This document shows positions 11,801-23,608 of a stretch of 64,000 nucleotides of DNA, in pieces. Numbering within the stretch: position 1 is the first letter of the stretch; every line of letters begins with the position of its first letter. The translations under genes and the position numbers were made by a program. The notes beneath the pieces were generated by a model, which saw only the letters and a program-made list of their open reading frames with translations, was not told the DNA's origin and made no database searches. This DNA comes from Oikopleura dioica. Taxonomy: Eukaryota > Animalia > Chordata. The stretch covers positions 558,001 to 622,000 of the forward strand of contig OU015568.1 in the NCBI GenBank assembly GCA_907165135.1, given 5' to 3'.

Positions 11801-14800
11801 ATAGGGGTACAGTCGTTTTTATAGTGTAGGACACCACCCATCGGTGGCACGGACTTAGACTTGGTCGTACGAACTCGGCGTTGGCCATATCGCCAACGCT
11901 GGAATAGAGAGAGGAGCTGTCAAGGCATGATGGAATGGTAGCCTTGGCGCTGGGCGCGTTACGGCTCACTGAGCATAATTACGTTGACCACGCGCGCTAG
12001 AATCCCATATTTCGAAGCGAAAACAGTAGGAAAACCACTACATATTTTCCCTTTTTATTTTTGAAGCGAAGCGTCCGTTGAGCGTAGAAATATTTATTGT
12101 TCTTCGATGAAGTCCCAAACATTTTCTGGTAGAGAATTGTGCTGGATGGAGTTTACGACTTGTAGAGATTCCGAATGTGAAATTTCTGCATGACTGATTC
12201 GGTAAGTCGAGTAATTGTGAGCAAGATCATTTGTGAAAATTTTGATGTGAGTCCTCGCGTATTCGAGCTGGTCGGAAAACGATTTTGAATCGGCTTCTAG
12301 AAATTTGAAAGCGATCCTTGAGGTGTAATATCGTTTTTCATAGATTGTTTGAAATTGTTTCATCAATTCGATGCAAGTGTTTTTATCGACCAAAAGCTGA
12401 TAGAGAATTGCTGTCTCACTTATCCAGTTGAGCAAACTGTCATGATTTTCAAAAAGCAATTCCTGGAGGTGGTTGATATCAAAGTGAAAGTGATCTTTAA
12501 GGGACTTAGCTTCGTTTTCAATTCTTGCAAAAAGTCGAGCAGCGATTGCAAGTTTTCTTTTGAAATTGAATTCGGTAAGAAGTGAATTGGAATAGTGACA
12601 TCAAAGAGAGCAGGAATGATAAAGCGTTGAATGAGTCGCTTTGGAGGAGCGTCGTTGAGCAGGAAGAAATCATTTTGAAGAGAGGTCATTTTCGATTTTT
12701 TCTCTTTTAAAAATAAGTATTGGACCAACTAGTACTCCGTTCAGAACCATTTTTTTTAAGGCTAGAATGCGCCATCGAGTGTTTCTTCCGGACGTTGTGA
12801 GGTCATTCCGATGTCTTTTCTTGTGAACATTTGTGACCAGTGATAAGTAGTCAAAGTCGTGAGTTGGGCCTATTGTGATGGGTATTTTTCTGTTCACTTC
12901 TTTCCCCTTTTTATTTTTGAGCGGATGATCTTCACGAGCAGGAGATCGTTAATGAGCGCCAATTATTGAGCTTTTGATCATCACGAGCAGGTGGTCGTTA
13001 ATTTGTACCTGTGATGGTACCAGTAATCTAGTAGAACTGAGCAGACTACATATAGAACTAAGAGCGAGTTCCAACAAGAGGAGAGTGTTACATTATGAGT
13101 GATATAGAGCTGTGAACAGAGCTGTAAGATTGTGAATAATTTGCTTGTGATTAGAATATTAAAGCAAATGTGAATTACAAATACTCTCTTGTGATAAACT
13201 TTGAAGCAAGTGAGCGATATTGCTTCCAATAATATTTTTAGGCATGTGAGCATAAAGAATTTTAGTGAGATTAAGTTCGTGAAAATTTAAATAGGGATAA
13301 ATTAAGCCAACGAGCAGGGCGATAATTGTTATAAGCTTGTGAACAGAATATTAAAGCATTGTAACCCTATTGTTAAGAATATTTAAAGCATTTGAGCGAA
13401 GCTTTGAGCGGAACTTGTGATCGTGAATGCCTAATTTTTCATAAAAGGACTTTCTGTGTGTGATTTTGGCAACTGCACCCATTGCCAAACATCTGCAGAA
13501 GCCTGGACCAAGGTTCAGGAAAGAGGTACTTATCGTGTGGCCAATTAATAAGTACATTAGCTGGGTCATGAGAACAAAAATCCACAGAGGCCTGCATGTA
13601 AACTTCGTAATAACGATCTGGTTGAGCATTACCAGTAAGCTGGAGTTAGTATTCTTGTGAGCCAATTTCCAGTTGTGCATTGAATCGCCGAAGTTGTGAG
13701 GAACCAATTAACCAATTGACATGCATGTCGTGTGAGCAGGTCTTTAGACTACAGAGAGAGCGAGCAATCCAGTTATGAGTTAACGGTGGCTAGATAATGG
13801 GAACGCATATCTGAGCACCACCACGTCGTGAATCTTGACGATTTGTGAGCGAGATAGTCGAGCAGCTATCTGTGAATATGGTCGAGTTATGAGCGAACAT
13901 CTAAGACCATTGAACGGATTAGTCGAGCAGCTAATCACTTGACAACACTATCGTCGTGAGCGGAGACGATCTTTCCAAACGTTGTCGTGAGCTGAGTCAT
14001 CTCTATCACTTGGCTCTTTATGATCTTTATGACTCGTTAACATCTTTTTATTCTTCTGAGCAGGAATGATCTCATCTCTATCAACAAGGAGCGATTGATC
14101 TTTATGAGAGCTAATTTTTGAATTTTCATTCTTCTGAGCAGGAATGATCTCATCTCTATCAACAAGGAGCGATTGATCTTTATGAGAGCTAATTTTTGAA
14201 TTTTCATTCTTCTGAGCAGGAATGATCTCATCTCTATCAACAAGGAGCGGTTGATCTTTATGAGAGTTAACTTTAGACTTGTTCTTAACTTCGTCTTTTA
14301 GGACTTTCCCTTGTGATTCGGCCACGTCATCTTCCTTGATAAATTCTGTTCTTAAGGCAGTCTTTCGTTTGGGCGGTCGAATCAGACTGATATGACGCCG
14401 ATATTTTTCTTCGTGAATGGATATTTAATTGCAATCAGTTTGTGCATAATCGACTTGATATATGAAGACTTTTTCTAAGGGTAATTGAGCGAATATTCTG
14501 TCCTTATGAGCGAGCGACGAAGTTCTTTGAGCGGTGTAATCAGACGCGTATATCACACGAGCAGGTGATTGTTCTGACTCTTTCCATGATTGACGAAAAA
14601 CCTTCTGAGCAGTTGCACTGGCTAATGATTTCTAGCGTGAGCAATGTGCAAGTATCGTTTTCAATCGTCAACGTGCAATTATTGGAGAACAAGTTGATCA
14701 CGAGAAAAGATAGCTTGTGATATTTGAGTTAAAAACTTCTCGTGAGTAGACAGGCATTGCGAGCAGTAGCCATAATTTGTATGTCCAGTTTCTATCTAAG

Positions 14801-17800
14801 AGCTTCTTAGAGCTGAGATAGCCTTCTTTCAGATCCACTTATAAATCAACTCTTATTAATTTGCCTATTTAAAGAGCTAAAGATCTTAGATTTGGAAAGG
14901 CACTTTTTTGGAGCATAGATCATCTTTCCGTTAATACGTAAGATAATAATTTCTACCAGAGTCTCAATTTTTCCATTCTGATTACATCTGATGAGCAGGG
15001 ATCGTTAACATTATTGGACATGTGAGGTTCTGAACGACGAGCAGGTTCAGCTTTACTTTGGTGATGAAGATTGAAGTGTGGCCTCAATGAGTGAGTCGAA
15101 ATTTGCACACTTTTGTGGCACATTTGACGGTTCTTGATAAGAGGTGCAAGTAGAAGAGCGGGAACATCTGAGCGGATGCTTGTTCTACTGCAACCAAAAT
15201 TGATGAGCAGCATATCGGAGTCCATTAAGCAAGATTGTTTTAAACCAAATTTGTATTGCGCTTGTGATGAAATGTCCGTCATTTTTCTTCATCATTTCTT
15301 GGTTAATTCTTCGTCTCATAATTTTTGATATCTTCTTTTTATATCATTAGATGCAATAAAGACGATTTTTCGAGCTTCGAGCAGAGCTGTGAATGTTTTG
15401 AGCTTTAAACTCTTGATTGATCATTAGCGCCTATTATATTCTGTTAATGAGAATAGATCATTCTGTAGCACGCTGAGAAATATTTCGAAGATTGAGCAAT
15501 ATTATTTCCCGTTTGACCAGTTCCATGGGCCGAGGTTCATTTGCATAGCAGAACCGTACACGAATTTCGGCACCTCTTTGGAATGAGTTTCTATGTGAAT
15601 TCAAATCTAAAGTCTTCCCGGAATGATAATTAAAATCAAGGAACTTTGAATTTCTTCTTTCAGGATTTGGAACATGACGACCTTGATGATTTCTTCTGAG
15701 ATAAGCGATCATTTGATTGGTAATTATCATGAAGAACACATTGATTTTAAGTTGTCGTTTTCAGGGATTTGATCATCAGTTTGATTTCCGGTTGAGGTGA
15801 TTTTTTTTTTCGATTTTCGGATTTGAGAGCAATGAGATTCCGTTTTTCGAATTAAAAAAATATCAACTTTATTCCGGAAGTAAAACTTATGATCATACTA
15901 ATCGAGAAAATCGGGTTAAATTGCCTAAGGATTCAAAACAATGCCCGTTTTATCGAATAAAAAATGATAAATAAGTATGTATTCACGGATCGTCATTGAT
16001 AAATTTACGGATGTTTTATCTCTTGTATCTTTTTTATATCTCTCTTGTTGGGCGTACCGATTAATTCAGTCACCAAAATATATGGTGGTTTTATACTGAA
16101 TATAATTGGAACACGGGAATCAATCTCGAATATGTTTATTAACCCTGATAGGTGTGAGCAGAAAATAATAAAATATATATATTATATTTTATGTTATACC
16201 TGTGAAGTCAGGGAAAAGAATGATAAAATTATAGGGGTACAGTCGTTTTTATAGTGTAGGACACCACCCATCGGTGGCACGGACTTAGACTTGGTCGTAC
16301 GAACTCGGCGTTGGCCATATCGCCAACGCTGGAATAGAGAGAGGGGAGCTGTCAAGGCATGATGGAATGGTAGCCTTGGCGCTGGGCGCGTTACGGCTCA
16401 CTGAGCATAATTACGTTGACCACGCGCGCTAGAATCCCATATTTCGAAGCGAAAACAGTAGGAAAACCACTACAGAGTTACTAACTCGGAAGTGCCAGCG
16501 TTTTATCGAGTAACCAAAAGCCCCCATATTAGTTTATAAATAAGGTTTCTCAGGTTTTACGTAGATGTCCGTGGCGCATCGGTAGCGTTATGGATTGGCA
16601 AGCGGGCGCTCCGGGATCAAATCCTGCCATGTCGTTTTTTTTTCTCGAGCCATGATGATGAGTCATATTCACTCTTGAAATCTTTAAAAGGCCAGCGCAC
16701 CCAGGGACCCCTACAAACCTATACAAATTTTTCAATTTTAGAAATGTTTTTTATTTTATCTTTCGATTTTTTTGGGGACTAAAATTGCGCATCAACTCTA
16801 GCACCCTCAAAACGACCAAATTGTGAAAACAGCTGTGAATTCTCGGTCTTCCGGACATTTTTCGGGGTGACTGTAATGGAAGAAAATGTTCGCCGTAGTC
16901 GATTTACTATTGTAAATTTTCATTTCAAGCAATTTAAAATTTTGACCCCCGATTTGCGTTCGGTCCCTAGTGTAGTTTATACCTTACTAGGTCACTCATG
17001 ATTTAAACTAGCCCGACCAAATTCCAAGCAATTCACTTGGTCCAAATGAAATTCCACAGAAAATTCTTGATGGAAAAACTGCAATGAAGGGGCAGACTCC
17101 TTGGCAAGTGCAGCTGGTTGGACCATTTCTTTGCGGAGGAACAATAACAGCCCCTAGAATTGTCATCACAGCAAACCACTGTGTCGATAATGCCATGAAT
17201 CCTGGAAGATGGTCGGTTCAAGCCGGGCATATTGAAAAAGTACAAATGAGATTTTACTTTAAATTGAGTTTCCTTAGTCAAATTCTTGGTCACTACCCGA
17301 TGAAGCCCAACGAAAGCGAGTCATTAAAATCGAGACGACTGGAAAATTCAATAGTCCCCGTCAACTCAACAATGACATCTCTATCATGGTCACCGATACA
17401 GCTTTCCAATTCAACGACTACGTCAAACCTGCTTGCTTGCCTCCTAAGAATTTCAAGCCAGTAGGAGGGGACTGCATCATCTCCGGCTGGGGTCATACGT
17501 CTTCAGGCGGAAAGGCGTCTGATCGACTTCTTTGGACGCTTATTCCACTTTTTGACCGAAGTGTTTGCAGCAGAAAACTAGGCTCCCGGCTTACCGGTTT
17601 TGTTTACCAATATTCTCCTTTTTGATTGCAATTCAGATAATATGATCTGCGGCGGAGGAGCTGGTCCAGATACTTGCCAGGGCGATAGTGGTGGACCTCT
17701 CGTTTGCGCCCTGAGACATTCAAGCGGGGCAAATCAGGTTTACTTATTTGAAATACCAGATTATCGACTGCCTTTTAGTATATTCTTGTTGGGGTTACTT

Positions 17801-17895
17801 CGTGGGGATATGGCTGTGGAGAGACTCCAGGAGTCTACTGCGAAGTTGCAGATCATGTTGACTGGATAAATCGAATTACTGCTCAGTTTCCTTAA
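8809..17895 (+). CDS. Kringle serine protease, copy 3 (2 kringles; one intron expanded by a 7.4-kb nested insertion)
   Basis: [11 protein letters not shown] signal and two kringles at 8809-9543. Protease exons at 17020-17895 with K-ILDG, TANHC, NDISI and GDSGGP intact. Removing the insertion leaves a short GT-AG intron. Confidence 0.88.
9843..9920 (-). other. Degenerate tRNA-like / Pol III (A-box, B-box) module
   Basis: Minus strand has GATCTAATGG (A-box-like), GGTTCGAATCC (perfect B-box) and a following T-run. The cloverleaf does not close. Confidence 0.45.
10417..11129. repeat. Tandem array of about 13 units of 55-56 bp with internal hairpins
   Basis: Unit TTATTTAATTTAAGGGGCTTGACGGCCCTTCGGGCCGTCTCAGCCCCGTTCCTTGA with period 56 (55 in several later copies); near-identical units, no spacers. 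Confidence 0.97.
11075..11462 (+). repeat. Dispersed ~380-bp repeat, homologous (inverted) to 60041-60409
   Basis: Shared GGGGCTTGAGATCGGCGTCGGACTCTGAGGTGATCAATCTCAGTTATGTCCCCAACCCCACCCACACCCATTCG block plus a diverged AT-rich tail. Confidence 0.85.
11651..16474 (-). mobile_element. Non-autonomous Ty3/gypsy-like LTR retroelement
   Basis: Direct repeats 11651-12042 and 16081-16474 differing only by a 2-bp indel that I could see. Minus-strand TGTAGTGGTTTT start; TGGTGAC PBS-like site next to the 5' LTR; purine tract before the 3' LTR; TSD GAGT(T). Internal region is stop-ridden. Confidence 0.9.
13948..14420 (-). pseudogene. Probable integrase C-terminal remnant with three 78-bp (26-aa) repeats
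   Basis: RRHISLIRP ... ([26 protein letters not shown])x~3 ... WKDRLRSRR*, resembling a gypsy pol tail. No DDE or RT core is readable. Confidence 0.45.
16564..16643 (+). other. Degenerate tRNA-like / SINE-head module
   Basis: TGGCGCATCGGTAGCGT (A-box with D-stem GCGC/GCGT), GGATCAAATCC (B-box-like) and a 9-nt T-run. Acceptor and anticodon stems do not pair. Confidence 0.5.
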
Positions 17896-18184
17896 AATTT
17901 CTTCTTTGTGATATCATTTTTCAATAAAAAAGTCCTTGACAAAATAAGTTACAAAAGTTGTTAAGTTCATTATAAAAACCCTCATAAATCATGAGCATTC
18001 ATAGCAAAAATCTTGAAATCGGCGAAAAAATCGTACTTTTTTTATAATCTCAAATTTCTTTAAAAGCCGAATCCTGCGAATATCTCAATGTAACTATTGA
18101 CGCAGATGGCGTTTCATTATTTATTTGCTGGATTTGGAGTTGATACTTAATACGATTCATTTTCTCCTTGATTGAGATAAAAAA

Positions 18185-19849
18185 ATGAAGTTGTTTGCTT
18201 CATTATCAATTTTTTCATTATCAGTGAATTCCTACTACGCTTATGCACAAAGAGATAACCCAATTTGCGATAGGTCAAATACAGGGAAAAGATGCTTAGC
18301 TTGGGACTCAAGCCGAAGATATCCGCAAGAGTGCAACGGTAGATATGCTTCTGGAGGTTGTTCGAACCCGGATAATGATTCAAACGGTCCATGGTGTTAC
18401 ACAAGTTACGCAAATACAGGAGATTACTGGGAGTACTGTGATTCTGCTTGTGCAAGTCACGATCTTTGCGGTAATCAACAGCCAACGATCTCTCCACCAT
18501 CGAGTGGAAAGTGCTCTCATACTAATGAAGGCACTCAATGCAGGTAAGGCTGTTTAATTATAACTTTCAATTTTTCCTTCTCTAGAAATTGGAAGAATTC
18601 AGTAAACATGTCACGAAACCGCTCGACTCAGAGATGGATGCGAAATCAGGATCACAATAACTGTGCGAATCCTGACAATGATTCAAAAGGAGACTGGTGT
18701 TTTATTGAGGCTTTTAATGGGTAGATGATACTTTTTAACCAAAAAAAATTATTTTTAGATCACAAAACTATGGCTATTGTCCGAAGAATTGTAGACTTCC
18801 GTCACCTAGACCAAGTTCGACAAAACCTCTATCATTCGAGCAACCCAAATGTGCCCCTTTAAATGAGAATCTTTTTCGATTCAGAGACCATAATGGTGTT
18901 TTGTCTAAGCCAACAACATGGGAAGTGGTAAGTTATATGAAGTGTTAGGAGTCAAATGAATATTTAACCAAGCCTGATCAAACGCCAGGCGTTTCATTCA
19001 TGGGCGACATGTACGGTCCAGTCTGCGATCTCGGTAGTGTTCGGAGAGCAGAAAAGGGCCAACTTCCTTGGCAAGTGCAGTTGGTTGGACCTTTTCTTTG
19101 TGGTGGTACGATCACAGCCCCGAGAATCGTGATCACAGCAAACCAATGTGTCGATAATGCAATTAATCCTAGAAGATGGTCTGTTCAAGCGGGGCATATT
19201 GAAAAAGTAATGTAATTTTTAACTTAAACAAATTTCTCCTCTAGTCGAATTCTTGGATCGTTTCTGATGGAGCCCAGCGAAAAAGAATCTTAAAAATAGA
19301 GACGACTGGGAAATTCAACATTCCTCGTCAACTGAACAATGACATTGCCATCATGGTCACTGATACTGCATTCCAGTTCAACGACTACGTAAAACCAGCA
19401 TGCTTGCCTCCCAAGAATTTTAAGCCAGTAGGAGGATACTGTTTCATTTCTGGCTGGGATCATACTGCCTCAGGTGGACATTCGTCTGACCGACTTCTCT
19501 GGGACCTTATTCCACTCTATGAGAGAATTTTCTGTAGCGAAAAACTTGGCTCGACCCTTACTGGTAATTAATTTTCGCACTCTGATCTTTGATTTCGCTT
19601 AAGACAACATGATTTGCGGTGGAGGATCAGGCATCTGCCAAACAGATAGTGGTAATCCACTTGTTTGTGCTCTCAGGCATTCTACCGGAGCAAATCAGGT
19701 TTGTTCTTTTGAAATGTGCGATTGAATCCGTTAAGTATGTTCTCGCTGGGGTAAATTCATGGGGAGGCTGTGGAGAATCTCCAAGAGTTTACTGCGAAGT
19801 TGCGGATCATGTTGACTGGATAAATCGAATTACTGCTCAATTCCCTTAA
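18185..19849 (+). CDS. Kringle serine-protease homologue, copy 4 (pseudo-protease)
   Basis: Signal and two kringles. Catalytic His changed to Gln (TANQC); GDSGGP changed to TDSGNP; no R/K-I/V activation site. Confidence 0.8.
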
Positions 19850-19943
19850 TTTGCTCGTAAAAGAGCTTGTCAAGGAAGCTTCAAAATAAAAAAGGTCAAA
19901 TTGTCATGTAGTTTATGTTTTAATTCGGCATTTTAACAAATTT

Positions 19944-20440
19944 TCAAGGGCGCTGGGGGAACAAATCATCATATTTTGGCGGACAGTCGTCAATGACAAT
20001 ATTTTCTGATCGTCGATCAGTTGAGTTTTCTATTTGATTTTCTGCTGCGGCTTGAGCTCGGCTGTATTCAGGTTGATGCTCGGTGCAGAAAAACGGGAGA
20101 ATCAGCATGACCAGGGAGCCGGCAATGATCATTTCCATCGTCAGGTAAACTGCTGCTTCGTTTTGCTCCTCTTCAGATAAGAGAATGTAAGAATTCATGC
20201 TGAAAAGGATCTGATTCAGTCAATTTGAGAGTTTTCTTACCAAACGAGCGAGGTGGAATTGAGAACTGTTATCAAGGCGAGAATGATTTCGTTTTTCTTG
20301 GAAATCAGCGGCGATTTATTTGAGTTGGAGATTTTGACGATTGCTCCGGCCATCGCTAGAAAGGCAGTGACGAATCCAAGCGGCATGTAGTATCGTGGCA
20401 TCGGCTGGTTTTTGTACAAGTTCAATACTTGAGCATGGCT
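19944..20440 (-). CDS. Small multi-pass membrane protein with a C-terminal PPxY motif (5' end unresolved)
   Basis: Hydrophobic segments in ORFs 20237-20425 and 19944-20198; ends DCPPKYDDLFPQRP. Confidence 0.5.
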
Positions 20441-20509
20441 TTAGTAAAATGATGGACTCGTTATTACTCGAAGATTTTATAATTTTTGTTAAGTGACTCC
20501 CTTATTTAA

Positions 20510-20729
20510 GGACCCCCGTCAACAATTTTCGTAAGATCTTTTTTCGGAGTTTTAAAATTTTGACCCCGAAAATAGATTCTACGGATCAAAAAACCATTCT
20601 CAGGCTTCATTTTTCGGGGGTCTATCTCGACTCTAACACCCTCAAAATCGCCTTTGAGGTTTGAAAATTGGACTTTTTTTCCGATAAAAGTCGATTTTTT
20701 GGGGAAAATTATTGACGGGAGGGGGGTTC
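20510..20729. mobile_element. TTAA-flanked MITE
   Basis: TTAA|GGACCCCCGTCAACAATTTT ... AAAATTATTGACGGGAGGGGGGTTC|TTAA. Confidence 0.65.
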
Positions 20730-21947
20730 TTAAAACTCTTAACCAAAAGCTAAGCCTCCTTAAATACTGTAAGCCATTCCTGTACATTCGAGAGCAAAGA
20801 GAACACAGCTCAGGCCAAAAAGACAGACTCCGGCCTTAAAATAATCGTTTTGAAAGGATTCTTCTTCAAGGTCAATTTTACTCTGTACTCAACGATTGCA
20901 TCGTATCGAATCATTTTTGCTTTCTTTTACTATTTTATCATTTCCCCTTTCAAAGGAGTAAAAATATTGTTCTTTTTTGAGACAATGGAATTTTGTCTGA
21001 AAGTCGAAATTGTGCCGCGGGGCGTCTGGAACTAATCAAAATAGCTTTTTTTCTAGTAAAAACGGGACTTACCAAAAAGCCACTTTCACGCTCTGTCAGT
21101 CGATTCGTCGGATTTCTGTAGCCCTTTTTATGGCCTCTAGAATTAATTCAAATAGTGAGAAAGCAATTAAACTTTGAGGCCCTTTCCCAAGGTTGAATAT
21201 CACGGGACATTGATTGCATTTTCTCTTGCAAAAATTAAAAATGAGGAAATTTTTTTCGAAAATTTTCTGCTTGGGTGGTTCGTTGTGAGCGAGAATATCC
21301 CGGCGGGGGCCCATTTTTCGGCGCGAAAAAAGGTACAGATCGAACCAGATTAATTTTGGAACTGGTTCCTTTTAGCGCCTCTCAAAATCAGCGAACTTAT
21401 TTTTACATTTTTATATTTTATTTAAATAAAATTACTCAGATTTTGAGAAGAAAAAAAAGCATTAAAATTGGTCAATCCAGATAAAAAGTTAAGTCTGAAG
21501 ACAACAAGGACTAATCAATCAAATCATCGAAAAGCTTCTTTTTACGACAGAAATCCTTATCGAGTGCAGATGATGTGACATGATTAATGCCGACTGTATG
21601 AATCCAACAAAAGCACATTACCCTTTAAACTCCTTGTCTAAACTTTTCATTCTGATTTCCTAGAGAGAGGTCAACTTGCGATGAACACAATAAACGAGTT
21701 GAATATCGTAAATAACGATTTATTAATCTGACTAGAACAGACCCGGCGAGATATTAAAAATGGTGATCGATCATAATAGCTCTGATTCTTTTTGGCAGAG
21801 AATGATAAAAAGCACGCGATTTCAAAATTCGCGCAGTCTAGCAATAATACCCAAACAATAAAGTAACGGTTAAATTAACATCTAAAGAAGACTCTTTCGA
21901 TTTTCAGCATTGAGATCATTTTTTAAAACTCAGACCTGCGAGATAAA

Positions 21948-22943
21948 ATGGCGTATTACAGAGAATATGACAAAGTTTATTCTAAAGAAGCGGAAGGAGT
22001 TCATTATGCAAATTACATTCTTCTCATTATCAGCTGGATTTTTACGATAACGATGATTCTTCTTCCTCGATTTGCTTGGTTCAACCCTGATGTATGAGTT
22101 TTAGCAGTTTTCTTTTCGTTTATTTTATTGATAGATGGGATCTGGTATTTTTGGAGAATTCAACGCGATGAAAGGGCTGTTCTGGGAATGCGGTACTGTC
22201 AGTGATATGAACTTTGTCTGCTACTACATCGCGGATAGTATGTTTAATATTCCGACAACACTGCTGGTGCTACAAGCTATGATTTGCATGGCTTTTGTTA
22301 TGCTGACTGCTGGTAAGAATTATGATTATGGGGATTTTTACACGAGATTTTTTTCAGTGGCGGTTTTGGCATTTCTTGGTATGGAATGGTCACGAGCTTA
22401 TGAGCATGATATCGAAAAGAAGATCAATATTATGAGAGTAAGAAATATTTTTTATTCGTTTTTCTAAATTCTAGCTTTGCGGTGCCCTGATGATCCTTGT
22501 CGGAATTTTGACATTCGGAACAGTCATGTGGTACGGGATCACGATCGAGCGGGAATTCCGCTTTCCAAATATGCCCGATAATATAATGACTGTACATACT
22601 GATATCGTCAGATATGAATATGGGTAAGCGTTGCCTTCTGACATTCATCTAACGCAATTCTAGAGCCTGTTTGTACATGGGATTTGCCTTGACGCTAATT
22701 GATTTCATTTGCGCTTTCCTCTTCATCAAATACCCCGGGTCAATCGAGAACGAAGATGAAGTAGAATCAAGAATTTACGAGGAAAAGAACGATTTGCCGA
22801 CTTATACCGTTCCAGCGCTAGAATATGCGGCACCAACTTTCAGCGAAAGAAAATTCGACAGAGATGACTTCGACAAACCAGTTCATTATCAGCCCGCCAC
22901 GCTGACCTCTCCTAGTACATTTTTAAAGAAAGATCGGAATTGA
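21948..22943 (+). CDS. Claudin/PMP22-like tetraspan protein
   Basis: TM1 followed by the GLFWEC-x8-C extracellular-loop signature; four hydrophobic segments; GT-AG introns; cytoplasmic tail. Confidence 0.8.
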
Positions 22944-23404
22944 TCAAAAATTCTAGAGTCGACCAAATCTCGTGTCAAATCTCAACGTTCATTACGCCGA
23001 TCAAAACCTGGCTCGATAGTTGCTAAAGCTCCTGACTTTGTTTGACCCCATTCTGACCTCTGAAACTCGAATTCCTACTAAATGAAAATTAAGATTTTAT
23101 TGCTCATAATCAGATCTCACGAATAACCCCTGTCCACGGTGGGACACGGACTTTTCTTGGAAAAGTGACTTTTCTTGTAAAAACAAAATTCGACCATTTT
23201 TTGTAAATGTCCATTTATTGCAAATCTTAAAATTTACAAGAAAAGGTCTTCTTCAAGAAATGAACGATTCTCTTTTTTACAATAAAAGGTCGAAAAAATC
23301 CTATTGTTGCCTGCAAGATTCGCGTCCATTATGTCGTAAAATTAATCCTTTGACCGGAAAATGTTGATCTTTGCTCGGCAAAATTGAGAGAAAAGGGGAC
23401 AAGG

Positions 23405-23608
23405 ATGGCGATTTTGAATAAAAAACGCGCTTTGTTCTTGGCTATTCTGGCACTGATTTTTCTGCTTCAGATGATTTATATTTTTCTGGTAAGCAGAAAT
23501 TGCAAAAAAAAAATTACGAATTATCTTAAGAACATTATCAAGATAGAAGGAATGCTTGCTGATCTTCGAAAATCAGATTGGATGACGAAAAATGATATTT
23601 CAATTTAA
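23405..23608 (+). CDS. Possible very small single-pass membrane protein
   Basis: MAILNKKRALFLAILALIFLLQMIYIFL, a GTAAG donor, then a short second exon. No domain. Confidence 0.25.
   Translation: MAILNKKRALFLAILALIFLLQMIYIFLVSRNCKKKITNYLKNIIKIEGMLADLRKSDWMTKNDISI

Larger units (their letters stand above)
9556..16969. mobile_element. hAT-like non-autonomous TIR element (7.4 kb including nested cargo)
   Basis: Perfect 21-bp TIR TAGGGACCGAACGCAAATCGG / CCGATTTGCGTTCGGTCCCTA; 8-bp TSD GTGTAGTT (9548-9555, 16970-16977). No transposase ORF visible. Confidence 0.92.

Noticed and set aside
16045-16254. 69-aa ORF
   Set aside because: Lies within the LTR; no coding features.
9843-16643. Functional tRNA genes at 9843-9920 and 16564-16633
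   Set aside because: Acceptor and anticodon stems do not pair; kept only as tRNA-like modules.
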